64,000 bases of DNA from the human T2T-CHM13v2.0 reference genome, Homo sapiens: assembly GCF_009914755.1 (NCBI RefSeq), contig NC_060931.1, one strand, 5' to 3'. Below the pieces are notes generated by a model that searched no databases, had not been told where the DNA came from, and worked only from the letters and a program-made list of their open reading frames with translations. This document shows, in pieces, positions 23,096 through 39,070 of the stretch. A program made the position numbers and the translations under genes. Each line of letters starts with the position of its first letter. The stretch's first letter is position 1.

Positions 23096-23559
23096 TGTAA
23101 TTTTCCTTGAGCTGCTGTAATAAAGTACCACAAACTGGGTGACTTAAAACAACAGAATTTATTGTCTCATGGTTCTGGAGCCTAGAAGTCTAAAATCAAG
23201 GTATCAACAGAGCTATGCTTCCTCTGAAACCTGGAAGGAAATTCTTCCTTGCCTATTCCTAGCTTCTGGTGATTTGCTGGCAAATTTTGACATTCCTTAA
23301 CTTGCAGCTACATAACTTTAAACTCTGCCTTTGGCATTACATGGCATTTTCCCTGTGTGTTTCTGTCTTCCCACGGCTGTCTTCTTACAAGTACATCAGT
23401 CATATTAGGAGTCCACAGTGCTCCAGTATGACCTCATCTTAACTAGTCACACTTGCAATGACCCTATTTTCAAACAGAGTCACATTCTGAGGTACTGAGG
23501 GTTGGGATGTCAACATATCTTTTTCTGGGGGGATGGTGGGTATAATTCAATCCATTATA
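23096..23559 (-). mobile_element. MaLR LTR (MLT1C-like)
   Basis: AAAGTACCACAAACTGGGTGACTTAAAACAACAG...GTCACATTCTGAGGTACTGAGGGTT. Confidence 0.82.
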
Positions 23560-26500
23560 CCCTCCAATAATAAACACCTAGAAAACTGGGCAATATACGT
23601 GAGATAATTGTTTTCTAATATTGGACAAGAGATGGCACAAAACTGTGATCCATAAGTGAAAGGAGACAAATGAGGTGCGTGCTGTGATCATTTCCGTTTT
23701 CTACCCAGAATTTCCTGGGTTACTGTACAAACAAGAGGGACCCAAGCAGAGCATGGCACCCTGAAATTCTTACTGAGCTGAGGACACAGCTCAGAGAAGA
23801 GGAGGCCATGCACGGAAAGAGCCCCGCAATTTTCATGCGGTCTCATTGAGTCTTTGGGTAAATACTAAGCTGGCATCCATTGGGTGAAACTCCACAGGGG
23901 CAGGCAAAGAATAAGTACTGGAGAATTAACAACTGCTGGTGAACTACAGTATGAATAATTACTAGATCTTGGTCGAGGCTGAGAGAGATACAGCTCTGAG
24001 CCATCAGAATAGCTTTGTTGAATACCTGGAACATTGAACAGGTATCCCAGGAAGCCCATAACTTAGAGTAGGACTCAAATGGCATAGAATAAGTCTACCG
24101 TCCATTAACCCTAACAAAGCTTAAAAGAGCCCTTGAAAGGAAAAGCAGACAAGTTGACCTGCAAGCAAGTCAACTGCCCACTAGAATAAAGCTCAACACT
24201 CTTTGAGAGAAGAAAACAAAATTCAGATAATAAAAAAGTAACATTCATAATGTTGAGCATCCAGTCAGAAATTATGGGATATACTTAAAAGCTGGAAAAT
24301 GTGTCTATGCTAAGTAGTAATATTAGGCAATTGAAATCAACCCAGAAATGGCAGAGATGGTAAATTAAAATAATGGGACTTATAAATGGCTAATATACTA
24401 AAATGGCTATTATTAAATATGTTCAAGGATTTATAGTGAAACACAACATAATGAAGAATGAAACAGAAACTATAAAAAAGCTAAATAGAACTTCTAGATC
24501 TGAAAAATATCTGAAATGAAAATTTTGCTAGATAAGCTTAAGTTGGAGTAGACACTATAGGAGAAATGTCTATGAACAGGAAATCAGGACAACAGAAACT
24601 GTCAAAACAAGAGAGAGGAAAATAAAGCTAAACAACTACAAAAACTGGAAGAGGTCTCAGGGAACTCCCAAACAATATCAAGCCACCTAGCACACATATC
24701 ATTGGAGTCTTCAACATAGAGGAGAGAAAGTGGTGGCAGAAAACAATTATTTTTAAAATAGTGGCCAAAATGTTTCATACATGATAAATAATATCCACCT
24801 ACAGATCCAGGAAGCTTAGCAAAACCCAAGCAGGATAAGCTCAAAAAAGTTTGTTTATGAAAGAGATTACTTTCAGGTATGAGGCTCAGTTTAACTTTCA
24901 CATAAGAGACAGACTCTGAGATGGTCCTTGAGAAGTCATAGGGTTTTAGACTGATAAAAATGACATTAAAAGGCAAGAAAGGATGAATGGTACAGAAATG
25001 ACCAAAGGTACAGAGGCTGAAAGTACAGGACATCGGTGAAGAACAGTAAGAAGATGAACCTAAAGGGAGAGGAAGAGAATACATGAAGATAGGTTACAGT
25101 AGAATTTCCTAAAGCTTAACACATCTGTGTCTGAGGGAATTCTATGATGGGGTAACAGAGGCTGAATTTACCCTCAAACCTGAAACAATTAAAATGCATG
25201 AAATATATGAAACTCTGGACAACAGATGGCTCAAGACCGTGATCCCTGAAAGAAGTGAAATGAATAAAGTGAACCCTGTGATGGCCTCAGTTTATAGCCT
25301 GGAGATCTTTTTCAGGCAGTATTATAGGGAGGAGAAGCCCAAACAGCGCCTGGCAGTCTCTCTGAGTTAAGGAGACTTGCATTCAGGGTTTGAGGAGGCC
25401 AAAATGGCTAAAATTCCAGGGAAGAGACCCAGGGAGGAGAAAGCGGTGGGTGGGAAGTGCTCTGGAATGTGCATTGGACTCCCAGTGACTCTTCAACTGC
25501 TCTGACCAGTGAGTACAAGAAAACAACCTGAGGCTAGGGAGAGACCACTCGATGGATCAAGCAGAACCATCTCAAAGTCCACACGGGGCCGGGAAAAGAT
25601 GGTGCTTCCATCAACCAGAGTGGGAGACCTCCTAACACAGAGGGCATTGAGGAGAATTCTCAGAAGCGGATCACCCCAGTCGCGGGAAGCAAATTTGCTG
25701 TACACTAAAGGCTGTCCTAGATACAACTTACAAAGCTCCAAAACAAGACTCAGAAATATCAAATTGTTTCTATGTAATCTATCTGCATCACAAAATAAAG
25801 TCCCAAATTTATTTAAGGGATACAAATACTCCAGTAGCTAGAAACGTAAAATTCAAATATCTGATATCCAATTTTAAAAAGTCATATATGCAAAGAAAAA
25901 GAAAAATATGGGTCATAAGGAGGAGAAAAACACTCAATAGAAACAGATCCAGAAATGATATACATGATGGAGTTAGCAGACAAGGCTATTAAATATATAT
26001 TCAATATGTTCGGCAGGATAGAAGAGAGTGTACATATGTTAAGAAGAGACGTGGAAGATTTAAAAAAGACTGAAATAAAACTTCTTCCGATGCAAAATAC
26101 AATGAATGTGATTTTATAATATACTGGATGGGATTAACAGCAGATTAGGTATCTCAAGTCAAACTTAAAGATAAGGTAATAGAATTCACCTAGGATAAAA
26201 ACAGAAAGAAACTGACTTAAAAAAAGTGAGCAGAGCATCAGTGAGCTGTAGAACAGCATTAAGCAGCCTAATATTGAGAGTCCTATAAAACTGGAGGACT
26301 AATGCAGAAAAAAGAAATTGAATAACTAATAGCTGAAGCAGTTTTAAATTTAATGAAAAGGAAAAGCCACAGATTGAAGAAGTTTCATGAACTCCAAGCA
26401 CAAGTAACATGAAGAACACTTTAACAAGATATAGTATCATTGGATTGCTTAAAACTAATAAAGAAAAATCTTGAAAAGCAGCCAGAGAATAAAAGACACA

Positions 26501-28482
26501 CTATGTACAAATGAACACAGTTAAGAATGACTGCAGTCATCTCACTAGAAACAATTCAGGCAAAAGAGTGTGGAGAAACATCTTTAAATTATTTAAAGTA
26601 AAAAAAATCCTCTTAACCTAGTACTCTATATCCAGTGAAAATATCTTTCAAAAACATTGGCACAATAAACTTCTCAGACATGAAAAAACTAAAATAATTC
26701 TTTGCCAGGAGACACACACACTATAAGAAATGTTAAAGGATGTCTTTCAGACAAAATGAAAAAAAGTCCAGATGGAATTGGTAAGCCAGCTCCCTGTGAG
26801 GGATAAAAAGGAAAAAAGGGAAAAGCCTGGATTTATAGCATTTTGACCAATTTTGTGAATATAAATATTCCCACCATGGCCAAATTCAAGCAAACAACAA
26901 TTTCTAACAACTGGTTCACAGAATTTCTGGATATTTAACAACTGGGTCCTATGAGCTGATACAAACCAACTACAGACTATTACAGATAGAATATCATTAG
27001 TAAATATGTAATAAATATAAAAAACAGTATTTGTGCCATTTAAAAAATCTCTTTAAAAATAATTGACTTTCTATTTCCAGTGAAAACAAAGTAAGGGACA
27101 AAATACATAAAGCACCAGTTGTCAAGACATTAGACATCAGGCAAGGAAGGACAAGAAAAAATGAGGTGAGTTTTATAATAAAACAAGCTTACCACCTTGA
27201 GACAATTTCCAGGCCATGGCACAGAGAGGGGAAATCCAGGGGGAAACCATCAAACTCCTCGAGTCAAGGAGACACAGCTGAGAGGAGAATAAGTCAAGTA
27301 GAGTTCACAGGGCTGAGGATAGCAGAGGAGAGAAGCGGGCAAAGAGAGAATTTGTGAGGTCATCAGAGAGCCCACCCTCAGTATTCAGTAGGGTATTAAC
27401 AAGAGCATGAGTGTGAAAAAACCACCTGAGATTGGGAAAATAACCACACAAAGGATTAAAGAAAACAGTAACTGAATTTCATGTAGGGCCGGGAATAGTG
27501 TATAGTTTCACCAGCCAAACTCAAAAACATTAAAATTCATGGGGCATTGGGACAAGAGCTCAGAAGTGTTTGGGCTCAGAAGTGGAGGATAATGATCTCT
27601 AAACTAAATGCTGCTCTGCTGTCATCTAACAAATGATTAAAGCCAGGTACAAAAGCATCAGATTATTTCAAGAAATGTAACTGTATTCTAAAACAGAGCT
27701 CAAAAATATTTATAGAAAAATAAAAAGTCCAACACAAAATTAAAACTCAATGTATGGAATAAAATAAAAAAATTACCAAGCATACAAAAATAGCAGAAAA
27801 ATGCAACGTATAATGAAAGGAAAACTGGCACAGATGTTAGAATTAGTAAAAAAATAATAATAATTTAATTTAAAAATAAAATAGTTAAGCTAGAGATGTT
27901 AAGCAGACATAGAAGATATTTTTAAAAGCTGCAAAGCCAACTTCTGGAGATGAAAATGACAATATCTGAGATGAAAAATACACTGGATGAGATTAATGAT
28001 AGATTAGACAATGTAGAAGAAAATACTAGTAACCTAGGAAGATATAGCAACAAAGGCAAACCAAAAATGGAGGATAGAGGAAATAAAATAATTTTTGAAA
28101 GGAAACAGACAATTAATTGTTACAGGACAACTTAAAGTGAACTAACATAACTGGGGTTTTAAAAGAAGAGAAGAAAGATGGGAAGAAAGAAAAAACTATT
28201 GGAAGAAATCATGACTGAAAGTTTCTAAAGTCAATAAAACTCGAACCTCACATATCCAAGAAGCCTGACAAAACTCAAGCATACATACACAAAATACACC
28301 AAAGAATATCATAATCAGATTTCTGAAAATTAGTGTTAAAGAGAAAATCTTAAAAGCAGCCACAGGATAAAAACATGTTTTGTACAGTAGAACAAGATAA
28401 AGATGACAGAAGATTTCTTGGTGAAAACAAAGCAAGTGAGAACACAGTAAAGCAACATCTTTAAAATACTGAAAGAAAAATA
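23560..28482 (+). mobile_element. Cluster of old, degraded L1 (L1M-type) 5'UTR/ORF1 fragments
   Basis: A-rich strand bias and repeated ORF1-like remnants (e.g. GAAATGAAAAATACACTGGATGAGATTAA, GAGAAAATCTTAAAAGCAGCCA); no intact ORF. Confidence 0.7.
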
Positions 28483-30785
28483 CTGTCTTTTTGATAATGA
28501 CCAGCCTAACAAATGTGAGGTAATATTTTATTGTGGTTTTGATTTTCATTTCCCTAATGATTAATGATGTTGAATACCTTTTCATATCCCTTTTGGCCAT
28601 TTGAGTGTCTACTTTAGAAAAATGTTGAATAATCAAAAAAGATGATTAGTGATGTTCAGCACCTTTTCATATACCTGATTATCTTCTTTGGAAAAGTGAA
28701 AAAATGAAAACATATATTCTTTGAAAACAGGCGGTTTGCCCATTTTTTTAAATGGATATTAATCCTTTATCAGACATATGGTTTACAAAATTTTCTCCCA
28801 TTTCATGGTTTGCTTTTTCATTTTGTTGATTGTTTCTTTTGTCATGCAGAAGCTTTTTTAGTTTGATGTATTACCATTTGTTTATTTTTACTTTTGTTAT
28901 CTGTTCTTTTGTTGTTACATCAAAAAAATTGCCAAGACCAATGTCATGAAGCTTTTTTTTATGTTTTCTTATAAAATTTTTGCAGTTTCAGATCTTACAT
29001 TTAAATATTTAATCCATTTAAAGTTGATTTTCCGTATATAGTGTAACATAAGGGTTCAGTTTTATTTTATTTTATTTTTTTGGATACAGATATTCAATTT
29101 CCCAGCACCATTTATCGAAGAGGCTACCCTTTTCCCGTTGCATACTCTTGGTGCTTTTGTCAAAGATTAGTTGACCATATATGTGTGGGTTTATTTCTGG
29201 GCTTTCTGTTCAGTTCCTTTATTCTATATGTCTGTTTTTAAGCCAATACCATACTGTTTTGATTACTATAGATTTGTAATATAACTTGAGACTGGAAAAT
29301 GTGATGCCTTCAGCTTTCTTCTTTCTTCTTAATATTGCTTTAGCTATCTAAAGCAATATTTAATCTGTGAAAATGCCACTGGAAATTTCATAGAGATTGC
29401 ATTCAATCTGTAGATGACTTTGGGTAGTGTGGACATTTTCACAATATTGACCCTTCTGATCTGTGAAATGCCACTGGAAATTTCATAGAGATTGCATTCA
29501 ATCTGTAGATGACTTTGGGTAGTGTGGACATTTTCACAATATTGACCCTTCTGATCTATGAAGGTAGGATAGATTTCCATGTATTTGTATCTTCTTCAAT
29601 TTCTTTCATCATTGTTTTACGGTTTTTAGTGTACAGATCTTTCACCTCCTTGGTTAAATTTATTTCAAGGTGTTTTATTCCTTTTGATGTTTGTAAATAG
29701 GATCATTTTCTAAATTTCTCTTTTACATAGTTCATTGTTAGTGTACATAAATGGAATTGATTTTTGTATGTTGATTTTGTATTCTGCAAATTTAATAAAT
29801 TTGTTTATTAGTTCTAATACTTTTTTACTAGAGTCTTTAGGGTTTTATATAATTTAAGATCGTATCATCTGCAAGCAGAGATAGTTTTACTTTAATAGTA
29901 ATTTAGACACCTTTTATTTCTTTTTCTTTAATAATTGCTCTAACTAGGAATTCCAGTACTATGTAGAATAAAGGTAACAAGATGGCATATTTGTCTTGAT
30001 CTTGATCTTAGAGAAAAGGCTTTCAACTTTTTACTGTTGAAAATGATGTTAGCTATGGGCTTGTAATATATTACCTTTATTGTGTTAAAGTATATTTCTT
30101 TTATACCTAATTTGTTGAGAGTTTTTGTCATGAAGGGATGTTGAAATTATCAGATGCTTTTTCTGCATCCGTTGAGATGATTATATGGCTTTTGTTCTTC
30201 ACTCTGTTAATATGGTGTATTGTTTATTGATTTGTATATGTTGAGCCATGCTTGCATCCCAGGGATAAATCCCACTTGATTATAATGTATGATCATTTTA
30301 ATGTGATGTCAAATTCAGTTTGCTGATATTTTGTTGAGAATTTTAACAACTATATTCATCAGAAATATTGTCCTGTAATTCTCTTTTCTTATAGTATCCC
30401 TGTCTGGTTTTGGTATCAGGTAATGCTGGCTTCATAAAATGAGTTTAAAAGGACTCCCTCTTCTCCAATTTTTTGGAAACATTTGAGAACAATTAGCATA
30501 AGTTCTTCTTTAAATGTTTGATAGAATCTGGCAGTGAAGCCATCAGGTCCTTGGCTATTATTTGATGGGAAAAATTTTATTACTAATTTAATCTCCTCAA
30601 TCATTGATCTGTTCAGATTTTTTTCTTCATGATTCAGTCTTAGTAGGTTGTATGTGTCTAGGAATTTATACATTTCTTCTAGGTTCTCCAATTTGTTGGT
30701 GTATAATTCTTCATAGTAGTCTCACAATTCTTTGTATTTCTGTGGTATCAGTTGTAATATCTTCTCTTTCATTTTGGATTTTAAT
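28483..30785 (-). mobile_element. L1 (L1MA/L1PB-like) ORF2-3'UTR fragment, antisense
   Basis: ORF-track peptides with L1 ORF2 motifs: [17 protein letters not shown]...NSFYEASIT (30416-30691), NIVKMSTLPKVIYRLNAI, TLNKLGI...KLKAFSLRS. Confidence 0.9.
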
Positions 30786-31055
30786 AAAAAAAGAATCAAG
30801 TAGTACAAGTTACATTATCTCTCTCCAGTGGGATTATATTAGAAATTAATAGTAGAAAAATCTGGAAAATCTCCAAATACTTGGAAACTAAATACATGTA
30901 TATAAACTACCTATGGGTCAAAGAATAAATCAAAGGAGGAATTATAGAGTATTTTGAAGTAAATAAGGATAAAAACGCAATATATCAAAAATTTTTGAAA
31001 TGCAGCTAATTCAGTACACAGAGGAGAACTCATAGCACTAAAATATTTACATTAG

Positions 31056-31655
31056 TGTACAGTAAAGGATTAACCTTGCCCAAAGAAAGTTTTGGTCCTC
31101 CCTTTTCCCTAGGCTTTGGATCATAACTTTTAAACCCTTGGAATGTCCTGCCTGATTAAAATAACTTTGTTTATCTGGGAGGGTTTGGGCCATACCAGAC
31201 AGCCTATGCTAACAATGATTTATGGTGGGGACTTTAGGCTACACAGTGTATTAGTGTGTCCAAACCCCTGTAAAAAGCTCTGGACAAACCTCCAATAAAA
31301 ACTCTGGACACAAAGCTCAGGTGAATGACTCCAGTTTTAAAAATTCGAAATTTGTGTGAAACCACCAATAACTAAAGTAATATTGAGAAAAAAGAAAGTC
31401 AATACTTTATGCATACTGTGACACATCATTGCTGAGAGAAATAAGTGCTGTTTGCACATCTCTGCTGGGGACAACTGGAAGCTGCATGCCTATGCTCTCT
31501 TGAACCCTGCTCTATGAGCCTCTTCCCTTCACTGTCTTTAATCTGTATTTCCACTCTAATAAACTGTGAGTATTGTGGCCTTCTTGAATTATTTGAGTTC
31601 TTCCAGTGAATCACTAAACAGGAGTGATTTAGTGGAGTCCTCTTGAATTTGCCAC
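31056..31655 (+). mobile_element. ERV LTR remnant (MER21-like) inserted in L1
   Basis: TGTACAGTAAAGGATTAACCTTGCCCAAAG start and LTR-like AATAAACTGTGAGT...TGAGTTCTTCCAGTGAATCAC end; interrupts colinear L1 ORF2-like sequence. Confidence 0.6.
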
Positions 31656-32348
31656 TAGAAAATGAAAGTTCTCAAATCAATGACCTCAGATTCCACCTTA
31701 TAAACTAGAAAAAGAAGAGCAAATTAAGCCTAAAATTAAGCTGAAGAAAGAAGGTGATAAATATCACAGGAGAAATTAGTGAAATGGAGAACACAAAACC
31801 AGTAAAGAAAAACCAAAGTAACCAAAAGTTTGTTATTTGAGAAGATCAATAAAATCGATAGGGTGCTAGCAGACTAATCAGGAAAAAAGAGAGAAAATAT
31901 AAATTACTCATATTAGGAATGAGAGAGAAGGTACTGCTACAAAATCTACAGGTATTAAAAGAATGTTAAAGGAATATTATAAACAACTTTATGTCAAAAA
32001 ATTTTGAGCAGAATAGAGAATCCAAAAGTAGATCCACACATATTTGGACAACTGACTTTCAACAAAGCTGAAAAGGCAGTTCACTGGGGAAAGAATAGTT
32101 TTTCAGTAAGTGGTTCTGGAGCAATTAGCTAACCATATGCAAAATAACAATAATAAACCTCAACCTTGCCTTATACCAGCAACACATACTCACTCAAAAT
32201 GGATTATACATTTAAACAGATTTGCTAAAACTATAAAGGTTCTAGAAGAAGACATGAGAGAAAATCTCAGTAATGTTGGGCTTATTAGTGATTCTTAAAT
32301 AAAACACAAAAAGCATGAAGCATAAAAGAAAAAAGCTGAATTTCATCA

Positions 32349-32731
<383 letters not shown>

Positions 32732-35271
32732 TCATAACAATTTTATTTGTAATAGTCAAAATTTGGAAAAAATCCAATTGCCTATTAATGGGCGAACAAA
32801 TGCTGAAATTGTCATGTATCCACACAAAGGAAAATTAGCAATAAAAAGAATGAACTATTTAAATTTAAAACAACATAGATAAATCTCAAAATAATATGAT
32901 GAATAAAAGTAAAGAAACAAAAAAGAGTACATAGTTTATAATTGCATTATATTAAATTCTAGAAAACACAAAGAAATCTATAGTAATAGAAGAAGCACTC
33001 TATCAGTGTTTGTCTGGGAACAGCATGGAGAGAAGGATGGAATTATAAAAAGCCACAAGGCTATTCACAATAGCAAAGACATGGAATCAAACCAGGTGCC
33101 CATCAATGGTAGATTGGATCAAGAAAATATGGTACATATACACCATGGAATGGTACGCAGCCATAAAAAAAGAATGAAATTATGTTCTTTGCAGCAAAAT
33201 GGATGCAGTTGGAGGCCATAATCCTAAGCAAATTAATCCAGGAACGGAAAACCAAATATCGCATGTTATCACTTAAAAGTGGGAACTAAACATTGAGCAT
33301 ACATGGATATAAACAATGGAACAATAGACATTGTGAACTACCAGAAGGGGGAGAGAGACAAGGGGAAGTGTTTTGAAAAACTACCTATCAGGCACTATCT
33401 TCTGTACCTGGGTGACAAGATCTGTACTTCAAACCTCAGTACAAACCTCAGTATTAGGCAATATTCCCATGTAACAAATCTGCACATGTTCTCCCTGTAT
33501 CTAAAATAAAAGTTGAAATTTAAATAAATAAATAAATAGCGGGCCACAACAAAACTTTTGGAGGTGATGTGTAAGTTCATTACATTAAGTTTTATGATGG
33601 TTTCCCAGGTGTTTGCGTATGTCAAAGCTTACCAAATTGTACATTTTAAAGATGTCTATTGTTTGTCAAGTGCATTTTAATAAAGCTGTAAAAGAAAGAA
33701 TTATTTTTGATACAGTGTTAGGACAACAGAAAACCACTGAGAAAATTTAAGCAAGAGAATGTCAATAATTAATGCCACATTTTAACTAATTAACTGCAAT
33801 TAATCACAATCAATCAGTAAGAAAAGGTTTTGTGCTGAAGATTTTCCAGAGAGATAAGTAAGCAAGTATATCATGCATGCAGTGGAGCAGGGCAGAGCCT
33901 CATAAAATCCCTCTTAAACGTGTCTGTTCTTTTGCCAAATTTCCATTCTGGTTGCCAGCTACCTTTTTCCTCCTCTTTCTTTCCACAGCCACTGCCATCC
34001 TCATTATAGCCCCAGACAATTCAGCTCTTGAAAGTGTATCCAGCAAAACAAAAGTGTAACAGCAGCTCAGCACCACTTGGAAAGCAGTTGCATAGCCACC
34101 TCTTTCTCTACAAGCTCAGTCCTTCCTGAGGTTGCCCTCTCACCTATTCCCCTACATCAAAAGTGACTCATCAAAGTATTCAGTAGACAAAATTAGTCTC
34201 TATCCAGGGAGAATTCACTACTTGGAAAGTAAGATGTTCTGTTTCTCATTACATACAAAAAAAAAAAAAAGTTGATAAAATCACAGAATTCAGTTTGAGA
34301 GAGAGGAAGATACTAAATGTCATTTGTCATTCTGACCTTGAAGTCACATTGAGTCCAATTCAATCAGAAAAGTGCAAGTGAAAATTTGGATTTTTAATGA
34401 GACACCAGGACTAGAAATACTGACTTCAGGGGTCATCCGCAGAGAGAAAATAGTTGAAATGTTTGGAATGGATGAGATCTCCAAAGCAACAAGTGAAGAA
34501 AAAGGAACAAAGGTCCAAAAATAAAAACTGTTGAACATCCACACTTATAGGTAAAAGGAGGGGAAAAGTAAGCTTAAGAAATTAAGAAAGTAGTTCTAGA
34601 GGGAAGACAAGAAATGGGATGGTATCTTGGAAGTTCAGAGGAGACTGTGGGTACAAAGAGGTGGCAGCAGGATTTAAAAGAACTTTAAAAATTCAGTAAA
34701 ATTAGGACTGAATGACTTCACCGATGTTGTTGACTAGAGGAGGAGAAAGTAGCAGATTCAGAGCACTCATTTGACAAGTTTAGGGGCAGAGCGAGTAAGG
34801 GAGAGGTTAAAGGGAATGGTAGAGTTGAATACAGTCTTTTATTCCAACGTATTTATAGTCTGATTATATAGAAAGCCAAGAGGAAGAACTACATAAAGAC
34901 AGGAAAATTGAAGATGCTAAAGAAAGAAGATATTTGAGAAACAAAGAGGCATGTGGATTAATTATTGGACATCAAGAAGGGGGAACTTTTTTCCTCTGAA
35001 ATAGGAAAAGAAGAGAAAATGCGTAAAAGATAGACCTGCACTGAGGAAGGCCAACATACATACAGAAAGAGGCTAGATCTAATGATCGGTTGAATGTAAT
35101 GTTTTTAAAAACCCACCATTTCACCCATCAGATTGGCATAATTAAAAGAATCAATAGTATCTGATGTTGGCAAGCATGTAGGGAAATAACATGCTCTCAT
35201 GCACAGCTGGAAAGTAAACTGCAACAGTCTTTATGGAGGGTAATTTGGCAGTGTTTATTGAAACTCCACAT

Positions 35272-35688
<417 letters not shown>

Positions 35689-35934
35689 TTATAGCCTTAT
35701 AAAGGGCAAAGTATAGGCAATATGTAAATATCCATCAGTAGAGAATTGGACAGATAAATATCCATAACATACATTTTAACAACAGTTAAAATGAACAAAA
35801 TAGAACAAGATGTGGTAACATGGAAATATCCCCAAGGTATGTTGTTCAGTGAAAAAAGTAAGTTGCCAAGTAATATGTACAAAGCAATATGGTTTATATC
35901 AAAACACATTCAAAACATACACAAAGCAGTTAGC

Positions 35935-35953
35935 ATACACGTGTGTGTATATA

Positions 35954-35984
<31 letters not shown>

Positions 35985-36110
35985 GTATGTGCCCACACAC
36001 ACACATATATATGTATGTGCCCACACATACATATATATATATGTATGTGCCCACACACACATATATATATATGTATGTGCCCACACACACATACACACAG
36101 ATACACATTC
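35935..36110. repeat. Compound (TG)/(TA)/(CA) repeat with a ~30-bp higher-order unit ATGTATGTGCCCACACACACATATATATAT x4
   Basis: directly visible. Confidence 0.92.
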
Positions 36111-36700
36111 ATTCATTTAACCAAGAGTAATGGGGTGCCAACTATCCATTTCCATGAAGTTTATTTTAGTAGAGAATGCAAATACGTAGAGAGAAAAAGG
36201 ACCGGAAAATGCACACAAGATTGATAATAATGGTTATTTCTGGAAAAGACAGCAAGAAAGAGAAGTGTCAAGATAATCTTTGATCTGCAGTGTTTATATT
36301 TTTGAGGTACATGTATTTTTAGACTATGTATTGAGAACCACCAATTATGAGTCCAACTTGCACTCCATTTTACTTATTTGAGAAGGTAAATAAGAGAATT
36401 CAGAACATTAGGCTCAAACTCCAATTCCTTTGCTTCAGTCTATAGTAAATACCTATTGAGAATAGCACCAAAAAGCAGTCAGAATGAGAGGAAAGAAAAA
36501 GAAGCAATGATGTGAATGGATGATCCCAGAAAGAGTGATACTATGTGGATTGAATATGCTGGAAATTTTTTTTAAATGTCAAGAAAGACCTGTCTTGTGA
36601 GACAAAGGCATGCAGTTTTTGTCCCATGTGGTGTAAGATTTAAGATCTAAAGGGTTACTCAATAGATAGGCTGTCCTCATAAATAAAGGCCAGAGAGAGA

Positions 36701-37180
36701 GAAACGAGAAAAGAACATTAATCAGTTACTGCATCATCTTTGGATGTGAAAATAGGTCAACAGAGAATGTTAAGTCATAGATTTCAAGGGGTCTGTAGAC
36801 ATTAAAGGCAAAGACCTCAAAGAATGACAAGCAGAGATAGGGTGGTAGAGATGGCCAAAAGCATATGAGTCCCCCACCACCCACCAGGGCCTGTCCTGCA
36901 GTGTTGGTTTTGGAGAGCCCATTGGTAGAGAAAAGTAGAAATTTTAGTATCCAAAGAGAAAAATCATGGTTTAGATAGGGCAAGGATGTGAATCTAGAAA
37001 GACACTGAGGAAACAAGAGAACAGCGTATACAACATAGCAGACATTAACTGCATAATGTGATTCACAATAGGGATGAGACTGGATGTGACCAACAGGATG
37101 GCTCAAAGGAACCAAGTCAAAACAGCCAGGATGGGGGTCCAGTGCACTGCCTCTGGGAGTGGTTAATTGGGATAATGGAA
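36701..37180 (+). repeat. Local duplication copy 1 (block A 36701-36905, block B 36923-37180)
   Basis: roughly 90% identical by eye to 38867-39070 (A') and 38578-38836 (B'). Confidence 0.92.
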
Positions 37181-37685
37181 ACATTGGGGCAGCGAAAAGA
37201 GGAACCATTCAGAGGAAAGTCAGAATGAGGACTGAGGTGTCTGGTTGCTCTCACTCCCAGAGCAAGATACATCAAAGAAGGAAAATCAAATTCAAGGAGC
37301 AAGAGGTCAGCATACGTGTGCACAAACACAAACACACACACCCCTACATACACACACATATACACATGCACACACATGCACACTTTCATACATGCACCCT
37401 AAGATTCCAAATGTAAGGATTGCACTGAGTCATACCAGCAGCAACAATCACTTGACCTGTCAGGGATGTTTATTTGTGACTATATTATGAAGAGAAGTGA
37501 GGATGTGAGAAAGTTTTACTTCATATCTCTGCTTAAAATCCTGCTGTGCTCTGTTAAAAGTAATGTGCTATATTATAATTGAATGGTCACTGACTAAGGG
37601 ATGTTGAGACAAAAGAAATGTGGAAAAAAATTTAGGAAAGTAAGGAGTTACGAAAGAGGTGTTTTATGAAAAACAACAAAGTTTA

Positions 37686-38187
<502 letters not shown>

Positions 38188-38577
38188 TTACTTGCCCAGA
38201 GTCACACTGCACAGGCAGCATCTGGGTCCAATCTAATGCTGACTGACTATGAAGCTCACGTGTTTAATCTACACACTGTATTATTTCCCATCATACAGCA
38301 AGAGCAGCAGGGATTTGTGTCGCAACTGTGCAGACACTGCAGTTTCTCTGAAATCTATTAGTTCTTCTTGTTCCCCAGGCACTGTTCTTAGTGTTGTGTG
38401 TGTTTAATTCAACTTTATCCTGATAAAGTCCCTATGCTGTAGGTGCTTATGTTGTCACCTCTACCCCACAGATAAGAAAGCTGAGTCAGAGATGAGTTTG
38501 AGGATTCTGCCCATGGTCAACAAGATTAGTATTTGAGCCAAGCTACCAAGCCAGGAGTCTGACTCCAAAGCTTTCAG

Positions 38578-39070
38578 TGGTAGAGAAAAGTAGAAATTTT
38601 AGTATCCAAAAAGAAAAATCATGGTTTAGATAAGGCAAGGATGTGAATCTAGAAAAAACACTGAGAAAACAAGAGAATACTGTGTGCAACACAGCAGACA
38701 TTAACTGCATAATGGGATCCACAATACGGATGAGACTGGGTGCAACCAACAGGATGGCTCAAAAGAACCAAGTCAAAACAGCCAGGATGGGGGTCCAGTG
38801 CACTGCCTCTGGGTGCGGTTAACTGGGATAATGGAAGAAGTGAAGGATCAGAAGATAAGGATTAAGGAAAGAGAAAAGAACATGTATCAGTTACTGAATC
38901 ATCTTTGGATGCCAAAATAGGTCGACAGAGACTGTTAAGTCATAGATTTCAAGGGGTCTGTAGACATTAAAGGCAAAGACCTCAAAGAATGACAAGCAGA
39001 GACAGGGTGGTAGCGATGGCCAAAAGCACGTCAGTCCCCTAACACCCATCAGGGCCCATCCTGCGGTGTT
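38578..39070 (+). repeat. Local duplication copy 2 (block B' then A', order swapped)
   Basis: matches 36923-37180 and then 36701-36905. Confidence 0.92.

Noticed and set aside
28196-30691. ORFs with reverse-transcriptase-like peptides as an active gene
   Set aside because: Short, frameshifted fragments of a dead L1 ORF2.
35791-36224. Repetitive His/Thr/Tyr/Val/Cys ORFs
   Set aside because: Translation of the dinucleotide minisatellite.
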